From assembly GCA_028279805.1 (NCBI GenBank), contig JANQMZ010000007.1, forward strand, positions 150,001 through 182,000: 32,000 bases of DNA, given 5' to 3'. This stretch comes from an archaeon. Its GTDB lineage: Archaea; Iainarchaeota; Iainarchaeia; Iainarchaeales; JANQMZ01. Below are positions 17,903 to 26,243 of the stretch, in pieces. Numbering within the stretch: position 1 is the first letter of the stretch; each line of letters begins with the position of its first letter. The notes beneath the pieces are model-generated. The model was not told where the DNA came from. It saw nothing but the letters and a program-made list of their open reading frames with translations, and ran no database searches. The translations under genes and the position numbers were made by a program.

Positions 17903-18720
17903 ATGGTGTTTCTGCAATTCCTCTTCTTTCCGATTCTTCAAAGAATGCAATTATTTCTTTACTTGTTGAAGAACAATCTTTAAAAGCAAAACAAATTCAT
18001 GAAAAACTGGAAAAAAATCATGGAATAAATGTAAGTTATCAAGCTGTCCACAAATCTTTAAGTGAATTGGAACAATCTGGTGTTGTTACTAAAACCAGTT
18101 CAGAATATAAAATTGACAAAAATTGGGTGGATAATTTAGAAATTTTTGCTAAAAATTTTTTGGAACAACATTATGGTTCATCTGATTTTGTTGATACGCA
18201 AACGATTGTAACAAATTCTTTGTACGAAACGGATATGGTTTTACTTGAAGCGGCTTTAAAAATGCTTGAAAACATGGAAGAAAAACCAATTCTTTGCATT
18301 CAGTGGCATCATGCATGGGTTCCATTGTTTTTAAATAAAAAAACTTATGCAGCCATAAAAGAGTTGATCCATAGAGTAGACTTGTATGATTTGATTAAAG
18401 GGGAAACTGTTGTAGACAAATGGTGTGCAAAATATTGGATAGAACGAGGTGTAAAATTAAAACTCGGAGTTGATTTGGGAAACAGTGCTGATCTAGTCAT
18501 CCTAGGGGATCATATTGTGCAAGTTTTTTATCCACAAGAACTAAGAAAAGAATTAGGTAAAGCATTTTCCAGCGTGAGTAAATTTTCAGAACTTAACACT
18601 GGTGAATTGTTCGAAAAAGTTTTCATGAAGCCAACAAAAATAACAATTGTCACAATGCGAAATAAACTTTTGGCTGAACAGTTGAGAAGAGAAACAATGA
18701 ATCATTTTAAAGGTGATTGA
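17899..18720 (+). CDS. Winged-helix regulator paralog 2
   Basis: QIHEKLEKNHGINVSYQAVHKSLSELEQSGVV; HHAWVPL; ITIVTMRNKLLAEQLRRETMNHF. 4-bp overlap with paralog 1. Confidence 0.8.
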   Translation: MNGVSAIPLLSDSSKNAIISLLVEEQSLKAKQIHEKLEKNHGINVSYQAVHKSLSELEQSGVVTKTSSEYKIDKNWVDNLEIFAKNFLEQHYGSSDFVDTQTIVTNSLYETDMVLLEAALKMLENMEEKPILCIQWHHAWVPLFLNKKTYAAIKELIHRVDLYDLIKGETVVDKWCAKYWIERGVKLKLGVDLGNSADLVILGDHIVQVFYPQELRKELGKAFSSVSKFSELNTGELFEKVFMKPTKITIVTMRNKLLAEQLRRETMNHFKGD

Positions 18721-19591
18721 ATTGCCTATTAATTTTACTGTCCCGGAATTGAGTGTTGATACTAATTCTTCAAAGGATACAATAATTTATGTGCTTTCAA
18801 ATGATTGGCCTTTAACTGTGACACAAATAAACAACAGAATATCTGATCTGTATGGCTTAAACATAAGTTATCAGGCGGTTCATAAAACATTGCTTCAACT
18901 GGAATTGGATAATATTGTTTTAAGAAAAGGAAAAAAATTTGAATTGAAAAAAAGCTGGATTAAAAATTTGAAAAATTTTGCAACAACACTTGAAAACAGG
19001 TACATTTTAAACGAAAGAAAAAAAAACATAAAATATAAAGGAAAACCAATTACATTAAAATTTGACGACATGAATGATTTTTTCAGAGAATTTTTATCAT
19101 TACTTGGAAGCAATCAATTAATTCAAAACAATAATAGGGCAATATATGCAATTCAAACACATGGATGGTTTCCATTAGGATTCAGATTCAGCGATTACAA
19201 TTTATTATCAAAACTGGTTAAATCAAATAAAAAAGGAGTTTGGTGTGTGATACAAAAAGAACTACCTTTTGATAAAGTTGTTGCACAAACATATAAAAGA
19301 GCTGGGTTAAATGTTTTAACAGGAATCAAAGACGACGCCTTCAAACACGGAGTTATAGCCCAGGGTGATTTTGTTTTTGACATTAACTTTTCACCTGCAA
19401 CAACAGAATTAGTGGAAGAGCTTTACTCAAAAACTCAAAATTTAAGCGTTTACTTCAGAGAATTCACAAAACAATTCACAGAAAAAAAAGATGTTAACAT
19501 AAAAATTAAAATAAGAAAAAATCCGTCTTACGCAAAATTGTTACAAAAACAAGTGTTGTCTCATTTTAAGGAGGAAGAACAAAATGATTAG
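18713..19591 (+). CDS. Winged-helix regulator paralog 3
   Basis: LSNDWPLTVTQINNRISDLYGLNISYQAVHKTLLQLELDNIV; THGWFPL; VNIKIKIRKNPSYAKLLQKQVLSHF. GTG start. Confidence 0.8.
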   Translation: MIELPINFTVPELSVDTNSSKDTIIYVLSNDWPLTVTQINNRISDLYGLNISYQAVHKTLLQLELDNIVLRKGKKFELKKSWIKNLKNFATTLENRYILNERKKNIKYKGKPITLKFDDMNDFFREFLSLLGSNQLIQNNNRAIYAIQTHGWFPLGFRFSDYNLLSKLVKSNKKGVWCVIQKELPFDKVVAQTYKRAGLNVLTGIKDDAFKHGVIAQGDFVFDINFSPATTELVEELYSKTQNLSVYFREFTKQFTEKKDVNIKIKIRKNPSYAKLLQKQVLSHFKEEEQND

Positions 19592-20468
19592 TGATACTTC
19601 TTCACATGGTTACTCAAACCCTTCTTCAACTAAGAATGCTATTGTTTCAACTTTATCTGAGAAATGGCCGCTTTCTGCAAAAGAGATACATTCCTCAATA
19701 ATTAATGCTTATAATATAACCGTGTCTTATCAAGCAATTCATAAAAAATTAATTGAATTAGAAAAAGAAACTATTATTGAAAAAAACGGAAAAAATTATT
19801 CTTTAAACAAAATTTGGATTTCAAACAACAAAGAATTTTTTAAAAAATTAACATCAAAATATGAAAACACTGTTGGAAAATATGAAATTGATCCAGATTT
19901 TGAAGGCACTATAAAATTAGATTTTCCAGATTTAACACTTTTACCTGTTACAATTGCCAGTCTTATTGGAAAAAAAGTTTTTATAGGAAATGGTCCAAAC
20001 ATTCTCACCGGATTTATAGATCATGCTTTGTGGCCATTAAGATTTAATTTTATGGATTTTGAAACTTTAAGAAGAATGTGTGTTAATATGGATGAAGCTT
20101 ATGCTATTATTGGAAATAATCAGCCATTTGATCAGTGGATAGCAAAACAATATCTAAGAGGCGGGTTTGATAAAGTCAAACTTGGAGTTAACTTTACAGG
20201 TAATGGAGATTATTTAATCGTTCACGGAGACTCTATAATTCAAATAACCATGAAAGAAGAAACCAAAAAATTTTTGGATAATATTTACGAAAAAATCTAT
20301 AATCTGTCAGATTTATACAAATATTATTTAAAAGCAAGAAATAAACAAATACCTGAATCAACAGAGGTTTTAATAACAAAAAATCCTGATTTGGCAAGTT
20401 TTTTGAGAAAGAAAATGATAGATATTTTCAAAGAGGACATTAAGATGGATAATAAGCTCCAAGCTTGA
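19584..20468 (+). CDS. Winged-helix regulator paralog 4
   Basis: LSEKWPLSAKEIHSSIINAYNITVSYQAIHKKLIELEKETII; DHALWPL; TEVLITKNPDLASFLRKKMIDIF. Confidence 0.8.
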   Translation: MISDTSSHGYSNPSSTKNAIVSTLSEKWPLSAKEIHSSIINAYNITVSYQAIHKKLIELEKETIIEKNGKNYSLNKIWISNNKEFFKKLTSKYENTVGKYEIDPDFEGTIKLDFPDLTLLPVTIASLIGKKVFIGNGPNILTGFIDHALWPLRFNFMDFETLRRMCVNMDEAYAIIGNNQPFDQWIAKQYLRGGFDKVKLGVNFTGNGDYLIVHGDSIIQITMKEETKKFLDNIYEKIYNLSDLYKYYLKARNKQIPESTEVLITKNPDLASFLRKKMIDIFKEDIKMDNKLQA

Positions 20469-20493
20469 TGACTATTAATTTTAAGTGATTTTT

Positions 20494-21312
20494 ATGAGTT
20501 ATCAGGATTTGGAAACAGTTGGAGGAAAAAATTCAACTAAAAATTTAATTATAAATGCTTTAAGATTTAAGAACGATTTTACTACAAAACAGATTTATTT
20601 TTTTTTAAAAAAAGAATTTGGTTTAAATTCCTCTTATCAATCCGTTCACAAAGCATTGAAAGAACTTTCAAGTGAAAAAATTGTTTTTAAAAAAAACAAA
20701 AAATATTTTTTAAACCGGGAATGGATTCAAAATAACAAAATGTTTTTTGAAGAATTAGCTGATAAAAAAGTGGATTTAACACGACTTGAAAATCAAACAA
20801 TTAGCTTGTCTTTCAATTCTTATCATGAATTTATGGATAAAATGCTTGACATTTTTGCAAAAGAAAGAGAATTATTTCCAAACAATTTATGCGTAACTTA
20901 TCAAAATCATTTATACTGGACTATGAGTTTATCCAAAAATCAGTATAACAAGCTTAAAATTTTAGGTTCTCATGGAGGCTATATTGCCTGCAATGGAAAT
21001 TCTTTTTTTGACAAAGTTTTGGCAACAATATACAAAAAAGTGGGCTATGATGTGAAAACAGGTGTAAATTATTCAAACAATTTTGATTTTGTTGTATATG
21101 GAAACATAATTCATCAAATATTTTTTTCAGATAAACAAAAAAAAGAAATTAATATAATTTCAAAAAAATCAAAAAAAACTGAAGATATCTTTGAACAAGG
21201 ATTTCATGAAAAACTTTTTGAAAAACCCGGAAAAATAAATGTAGTTATTTTCAAAAATAAAGAATTGGCAGAACAACTGACAAATGATGTTTTAAAACAG
21301 GTTAAAAATTGA
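20494..21312 (+). CDS. Winged-helix regulator paralog 5
   Basis: FTTKQIYFFLKKEFGLNSSYQSVHKALKELSSEKIV; NHLYWTM; INVVIFKNKELAEQLTNDVLKQV. ATG 20494 is in frame with the GTG at 20485. Confidence 0.78.
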   Translation: MSYQDLETVGGKNSTKNLIINALRFKNDFTTKQIYFFLKKEFGLNSSYQSVHKALKELSSEKIVFKKNKKYFLNREWIQNNKMFFEELADKKVDLTRLENQTISLSFNSYHEFMDKMLDIFAKERELFPNNLCVTYQNHLYWTMSLSKNQYNKLKILGSHGGYIACNGNSFFDKVLATIYKKVGYDVKTGVNYSNNFDFVVYGNIIHQIFFSDKQKKEINIISKKSKKTEDIFEQGFHEKLFEKPGKINVVIFKNKELAEQLTNDVLKQVKN

Positions 21313-21440
21313 AAGAGGCCTCAATCTGAAGCCTCCTCTGCCTTTCAAGGGGTACCAACTCTCTCCTTGTAAAGTGGATAGGGCGCCCCTGTTGGAGCGC
21401 CGGAGCAGGCATCTCTCGCACGAGAGTAAACGCCTGAAAT
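21311..21440 (-). ncRNA. Candidate structured ncRNA, four consecutive hairpins, minus strand
   Basis: Locally GC-rich; hairpins at 21406-21436, 21382-21401, 21342-21374, 21315-21335. Three contain a G-U pair on the minus strand that is an A-C mismatch on the plus strand. TATA-like ggtatatta (minus) at 21458-21466; U-rich tail after the last hairpin. Confidence 0.6.
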
Positions 21441-21457
21441 AACTCTGACGCGAGTAG

Positions 21458-21500
21458 TAATATACCTTTGGTTGAAAAAAAATCAACCAAATAGTTGATT
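21458..21500 (-). promoter_or_regulatory. Site B: three-half-site operator plus TATA-like element upstream of the candidate ncRNA
   Basis: Minus strand: AATCAACTATTTGGTTGATTTTTTTTCAACCAAAGGTATATTA. Confidence 0.6.
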
Positions 21501-21652
21501 ATTGTTTTTTTAGGATAAGAATATCTTGCCATCGGTTTTCATACAATCTGGAAAAAAGTATTTATTGAACAAAAAAAGCTATGGTTTAAAGCATAGAATT
21601 TAAAGCTTTTTTAAAGCTTTAATGTTAGTACTTTTGTTATAGAGGTGATTGA

Positions 21653-22408
21653 TTGGGTAAAAAAAGACCAAAAAAAACAACAAGTCGTTCAAATAATTCA
21701 GGCAATTCTAATACTTATGTTATTGCCGGAGCAATTGTTCTGGCCGGAATAATAATCGGAGGGGCAGTATTTTTAACAAGCACTCCGGGAACAACTCTGC
21801 CTCCAAGCGGAAACAATGGAAATGGCGGAGGAGGGCATGGAAATGATGCCACTGTTTCAATGAAAGCTTTGCTTGAATCAGAATCAGCTGCAACTTTGGG
21901 AAACGAAGATGCACCGGTTGTTTTGATTGAATTTTCAGATTATGAATGTCCTTTCTGCAGGCAATGGTCTAATCAGTCAAAAGCACAGTTGGAAGCAGAA
22001 TATATTGACACAGGAAAAGTTTTGTTTGTATTCAAAGATTTCCCACTTACAAGAATTCATCCGTTTGCGGTAACCGCAGCTCATTCAGCACGATGTGCAG
22101 GAGAACAAGGCAAATACTGGGAAATGCATGACGCAATTTTTGATTTGTTTGGGCAAAACAATTTTTCACAGGAAACAGTTGAACAAACAGCTCAGGATTT
22201 GGAATTAAATGTAGCAGACTTTCAGGCATGCAATGAATCAGCAAAATTTTTGTCAAACATTCAGCAAAACTTTGATGAAGGAGCAAGCAATGGCATAACA
22301 GGCACGCCGGGATTTTTAATCGGAACACCTAACGGAACTGCAAGACTTATTTCAGGAGCACAGCCTTACTCTGTTTTCAAACAAGCAATTGATTCACTAT
22401 TGGCATAA
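21653..22408 (+). CDS. Membrane-anchored DsbA-like thioredoxin-fold oxidoreductase
   Basis: N-terminal TM segment YVIAGAIVLAGIIIGGAVFL; VVLIEFSDYECPFCRQW (CPFC); GITGTPGFLIG with cis-Pro. TTG start. Confidence 0.88.
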   Translation: MGKKRPKKTTSRSNNSGNSNTYVIAGAIVLAGIIIGGAVFLTSTPGTTLPPSGNNGNGGGGHGNDATVSMKALLESESAATLGNEDAPVVLIEFSDYECPFCRQWSNQSKAQLEAEYIDTGKVLFVFKDFPLTRIHPFAVTAAHSARCAGEQGKYWEMHDAIFDLFGQNNFSQETVEQTAQDLELNVADFQACNESAKFLSNIQQNFDEGASNGITGTPGFLIGTPNGTARLISGAQPYSVFKQAIDSLLA

Positions 22409-22415
22409 ATTCGTT

Positions 22416-22437
22416 AAAAGGCGGTAAAACGCCTTTT
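22416..22437 (+). terminator. Terminator-like hairpin AAAAGGCG-GTAAAA-CGCCTTTT after the DsbA-like gene
   Basis: 8-bp perfect arms, followed by a T-rich sequence. Confidence 0.6.
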
Positions 22438-22529
22438 ATTTCTTGTTTTTTTGGAAAAAATGTGGGAAAAGCTTTTTAAATGCTGAAAAAAATAATTGAT
22501 TAAAATAAAACCTTTTGGAGGTGTCGTCA

Positions 22530-22559
22530 TTGTTAGGCGGTGAAGGATGTGGCTGCTAA
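22530..22559 (+). other. Candidate leader mini-ORF encoding (M)LGGEGCGC, TTG start, stop codon inside a terminator hairpin
   Basis: GGAGGTG at 22517-22523 as SD; ttg tta ggc ggt gaa gga tgt ggc tgc taa; TATA-like TTTTTAAA upstream at about 22473-22480. Confidence 0.35.
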
Positions 22560-22590
22560 ACCTTGTTTAGCATCCCTTTTTATTTTTTTA
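22545..22590 (+). terminator. Terminator-like hairpin plus poly-T tract between the mini-ORF and glutaredoxin gene
   Basis: GGATG...CATCC enclosing CTAAAC-CTT(G)TTTAG (GCTAAAC 22555-22561 / GTTTAGC 22565-22571), then ttttttattttttt. Confidence 0.5.
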
Positions 22591-22617
22591 CATTATAATT
22601 TTTGAGAGGTAATTTTT

Positions 22618-22854
22618 ATGGAGCATGAAGTTAAAATTTATTCAACACCAACTTGTTCTTGGTGTGCAAAAGCAAAAGAATTCTTCAAAGAAAACAACGT
22701 TAAATATGAAGAATATGACGTTGCAATGGATGAAGAAAAAAGAAATGAAATGGTTGAAAAATCAGGACAATTAGGCGTGCCGGTAATCGATGTTGACGGC
22801 AACATAATTGTAGGATTTGACCAGCCAAGACTAACAGAATTATTGGACCTGTAA
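22618..22854 (+). CDS. Glutaredoxin / NrdH-like protein
   Basis: VKIYSTPTCSWCAKAKEFFKENNVKYEEYDV...GVPVIDVDGNIIVGFDQPRL. Confidence 0.93.
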   Translation: MEHEVKIYSTPTCSWCAKAKEFFKENNVKYEEYDVAMDEEKRNEMVEKSGQLGVPVIDVDGNIIVGFDQPRLTELLDL

Positions 22855-22968
22855 GCAACTAACGCTTGCACCCATTGCCAATTTTTTTTAAACTAATTTT
22901 AAAATCTTCCACTTTTGTTCCCCTTAAACCGAACAAAATCACAACTTTTTTATTTTTTTAAAAACATG

Positions 22969-23012
22969 AATCAACTAAATGGTTGATAAAAAATCAACCA
23001 AACGTATTTAAG
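22969..23012 (+). promoter_or_regulatory. Site C: three-half-site operator plus TATA-like element upstream of the DUF2341/LamG-like surface protein gene
   Basis: AATCAACTAAATGGTTGATAAAAAATCAACCAAACGTATTTAAG; same register as site B. Confidence 0.65.
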
Positions 23013-23057
23013 ACAATGTATGGTAATCCTACAAGCAGGGGGGAGTGGAATGAAAAA

Positions 23058-25454
23058 ATGAAAAGGTTAATCCTGACTTTAATTTGTTTAATTTTATTGT
23101 TTTCAAGTGTTTTTGGATGGTGGAATGCAAGCTGGGAGTTCAGGCAGCCTTTAACCCTTTCAACTTCAACTCTTTCCAATGATGTTTTAAACGACCATTC
23201 TATTTTGGTTAAAGTTGATTCAACAAACACGGATTTTTGGAACAGTGTTAAAAGTGATGGAAAAGATGTTCGTTTTGTTGCTGCAAACGATTTAACTGAA
23301 TTAACTTATCATATTGAAAAATTTGATTATTTTGGACAGGAAATGATTGCATGGGTTAAGGTAACCGATACTTTCAGTTCTGTTTCCAATACAAACATTT
23401 TCATGTATTATGGCAATCCCAACGCTTTTGGAAATGAAAATGAAGCCGGAACTTATCCTGCTTATTATAAAGCTGTTTACAATTTCAATGAAAATTCCGG
23501 AACAATTTTGGACAAAACTTCCAATAACAATGATTCAATTTTACAGGAAATTAATGCTTACCAGGTTAACGGCAAAATGAATGGAGCTGTTCAAACAATA
23601 GCTTCATCAAACCATGCCACTGTTCCCGATTCAAATTCTTTGGATTTGGGTTCAAACGGTTCCATTTCTTTTTGGATAAATTTTGGTTCAGATTTTCCTT
23701 CAGGGCATTCCTCTGACATTTATTTGATTGAAAAAGACGGTCCCCCTTTATCTTCAAACATTTTGATTTTTCAAAAAAGCAACGGAAAACTTGGATTTTT
23801 GCTTGGAAACGCATATGATTATTCAAGCAAAAGTTTGTGGACCGGCGGAACCTGGCATAACATAATTTTAACATGGGACGGCGTGTCCAAAAAAGCTTAT
23901 GTAAATGCTTCAATAAACGATGGCTTTGATGTGGCAAGCGGGGATTCCTGGAAAACAAATCTTGCAGATTTAACAATTTTTAATAACAGTAATAAAAACA
24001 GAAGCGGTTCGGCGGACCATGATGAAATAAGATTTTATAATATTGCATTAAATTCTGATGAAGTAAGCCTGTTATACAAATCTGAAAACAATAGCCTGAT
24101 TTCTTTTGGAAACCAGGAATCTTCAGGCGGAAGTGCACCTCCCTCTGGTGACCAAAACATTTGGGTTACATTTGTTTCCGATTCAGGAAGCACAACAGTT
24201 GATGTTCCGGAAGACACTTTAACTGTTGCAGGAGGAGATGGTATAAGCACAAGCATTTCCGGTGACACTTTAACAATTACCAATACAGCTTTAAGTGCAG
24301 GTGTTGCAGGAATTTTTGCCGGGCTTGGAATTGACCTTAATGCCAACACCGGTGACGTTTTGGTTTCAGTCAGCAACATTGTTGCATTGTTGTCAGGCAG
24401 GGCAGGAGGACAACACTTGTATGGCGGCATTAATGCCGGTGAAAATTTAACTCTTGAAAGCACTGCTAATGCCAGCAAAGGCTTAATCAATTTATTAGAT
24501 AATACAAGAATTGGTTGTAATGGTGATGCCAACAGTGCATCCCTTGTAACCTGTGGCGAACTAAAATCAGAGTCAGACACAGGGGGCTTAACCGTTTCTC
24601 CAAATGCTGCCGGTGCTGGAAATCCGGGAATTTTTTCTTATCTGGGCAACAGTCTGCATTTTGGTGCCAATAATTCCACATCCGGCTTGGTTTTGAATGC
24701 TGATAATGATGTTGGAATTGGCGGCATTGGTGCTTTTGCTGATGCAAAGCTTCATGTTGTTGAGGATAGCGTCAACAAACTTGTTTTGAAGGCTGTTAAG
24801 AATGTTGCAAATTCTTTTGTTCCTGTTGTTCAGATGTCGCAAAGCAATTCAAACGGCAACACTGAGGTTTTGGAACTGGTGCAGAATGATTCTGATGAAC
24901 CTTTTGTTGAATTTGTTGGCTCTAAAGGCAATGCAGCTTCAATTGACACTAACATTGATAAAAGACTTGCTTACATGTTAAAAACCACAATTGAATCCAA
25001 CAGCATTGAAGAATCTGTTTATTTGCCTGTTTATGGGGACGGGCATGAGGATCCTGACAATGTCATTGAGTCAGAGGTTTCTCAAAGCAGCGGCTTTTCA
25101 ACAAATTCTTTGGTTTTTGTTGATGTTACAAATCCTGCCGGCTTTGATTTAAACATTCCTAAAAAGAGCACGGTTATTCTGAATGCAATGGTTACCCATT
25201 TCAATAATGTTGGCGGAACAAATAATTTTTTCAGGTGGAAGCTTGGAAATAATGAATCTGTCAGCGTTGCACAGGAAACAATTCCACAGTTTAACCAGGT
25301 TACCACGACTTATGTTCAGGCAATTTTCAAAAACATTGAACCCGGCATTTACAATGCCAAACTTCAAATGAAAGTAAGCGGCGGAACAGGCATAATCGCC
25401 TTTTCCACCAACGATTCAGTAGCCCAGTTAACAGCGGTAACATATGAAGAATAA
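23058..25454 (+). CDS. Secreted surface protein: signal peptide, DUF2341-like and LamG/concanavalin-like domains, C-terminal shared module
   Basis: MKRLILTLICLILLFSSVFG signal peptide; WWNASWEFRQPLTLS...IFMYYGNPNAFG; DHDEIRFYNIALNSDEVSLLY. ATG 23058 preferred to the listed 22983 start, which would place promoter-like sequence in the coding region. Confidence 0.82.
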   Translation: MKRLILTLICLILLFSSVFGWWNASWEFRQPLTLSTSTLSNDVLNDHSILVKVDSTNTDFWNSVKSDGKDVRFVAANDLTELTYHIEKFDYFGQEMIAWVKVTDTFSSVSNTNIFMYYGNPNAFGNENEAGTYPAYYKAVYNFNENSGTILDKTSNNNDSILQEINAYQVNGKMNGAVQTIASSNHATVPDSNSLDLGSNGSISFWINFGSDFPSGHSSDIYLIEKDGPPLSSNILIFQKSNGKLGFLLGNAYDYSSKSLWTGGTWHNIILTWDGVSKKAYVNASINDGFDVASGDSWKTNLADLTIFNNSNKNRSGSADHDEIRFYNIALNSDEVSLLYKSENNSLISFGNQESSGGSAPPSGDQNIWVTFVSDSGSTTVDVPEDTLTVAGGDGISTSISGDTLTITNTALSAGVAGIFAGLGIDLNANTGDVLVSVSNIVALLSGRAGGQHLYGGINAGENLTLESTANASKGLINLLDNTRIGCNGDANSASLVTCGELKSESDTGGLTVSPNAAGAGNPGIFSYLGNSLHFGANNSTSGLVLNADNDVGIGGIGAFADAKLHVVEDSVNKLVLKAVKNVANSFVPVVQMSQSNSNGNTEVLELVQNDSDEPFVEFVGSKGNAASIDTNIDKRLAYMLKTTIESNSIEESVYLPVYGDGHEDPDNVIESEVSQSSGFSTNSLVFVDVTNPAGFDLNIPKKSTVILNAMVTHFNNVGGTNNFFRWKLGNNESVSVAQETIPQFNQVTTTYVQAIFKNIEPGIYNAKLQMKVSGGTGIIAFSTNDSVAQLTAVTYEE

Positions 25455-25487
25455 TGGAGAATTAAAAAAAATAGGAGTTGATAGGGA

Positions 25488-26243
25488 ATGAAAAAAAATA
25501 TTTTGCTAATATTGATTTTGATTTTACTAAGTTCTTTTTCATTCGCATCTGAAGATATTTCGGAATCTATGAAAAAACCAAGTGAACCGATAGAAATTAA
25601 GCAGATAGTTAAGGAAACAGGTCCTTTGCCGGAGCATATTGACCCTAATTTCACTTTGGAACAAATTCATAGAATGCTAGAAGGATTTTTGGCGGATAGA
25701 GGAATCATCAGCGATGAAACCGTTTTTTATGATTTGGGTCTTAACGAGATAAATTTAATTGATTCTATAAAACTTGAACGTTCTTTTGATGAGTCGGAAT
25801 ATATAATGCGTCCGATATATTTGTTTGTTTTTGTAATAAAGAATGATAATGCAAATTCTGTTTCTTATGAATTATTTTCAGGGGATTTTGATGGTTTGAC
25901 TGGAGAAAATATTCGTTTTGATAAACCTATAAAAACAATCTTTTACAACTTGAAAACAAAGGATGATGTAGTTGAATTAATGAAAGATAGATTTGGTTTT
26001 TCTGAAAACGAAATAAAAGTCAGTTTGGTTTATTATACATCTAGTTGGAGAGTGAAAGTTGATGCTGGTAGCTATGAAGTTTATGATAATGGGTTAATAG
26101 ATGGTCCTTATAAGGCTCAAACAACTGGTTCCTCAAGCACTTCGGTAAGACAAGCACCGCGAACAGTAGCATCATATTATCCGTTAATTTTTGGATTTAT
26201 AATAATTGTAATAGGTTTGTTTTTTCTGGTGAGAAAAAAATGA
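25488..26243 (+). CDS. Secreted, C-terminally membrane-anchored protein of unknown function
   Basis: Signal peptide MKKNILLILILILLSSFSFA; C-terminal TM YYPLIFGFIIIVIGLFFLVRKK; overlaps the next gene by 4 bp. Confidence 0.7.
   Translation: MKKNILLILILILLSSFSFASEDISESMKKPSEPIEIKQIVKETGPLPEHIDPNFTLEQIHRMLEGFLADRGIISDETVFYDLGLNEINLIDSIKLERSFDESEYIMRPIYLFVFVIKNDNANSVSYELFSGDFDGLTGENIRFDKPIKTIFYNLKTKDDVVELMKDRFGFSENEIKVSLVYYTSSWRVKVDAGSYEVYDNGLIDGPYKAQTTGSSSTSVRQAPRTVASYYPLIFGFIIIVIGLFFLVRKK

Noticed and set aside
17063-21312. Possibility that the tandem array is a CRISPR, transposon or assembly duplication
   Set aside because: The units are full ORFs with substantial protein divergence and unique junctions. 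No short regularly spaced repeats or transposase were seen.
21292-21532. Two minus-strand ORFs (64 and 76 aa) across 21292-21532
   Set aside because: They overlap the hairpin-rich region and have an arginine/leucine-rich composition unlike neighbouring proteins. The strand-specific wobble pairs fit an RNA gene better.
21580-21632. Inverted repeats ctatg/catag and ttaaagc/gctttaa upstream of the DsbA-like gene
   Set aside because: Short, A/T-rich arms that are common by chance in this sequence; no conserved partner elsewhere in the window.
22983-23057. Listed N-terminal extension MIKNQPNVFKTMYGNPTSRGEWNEK of the surface protein
   Set aside because: It would code through site C and the TATA-like element and would bury the signal peptide. 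ATG 23058 gives a standard signal peptide.
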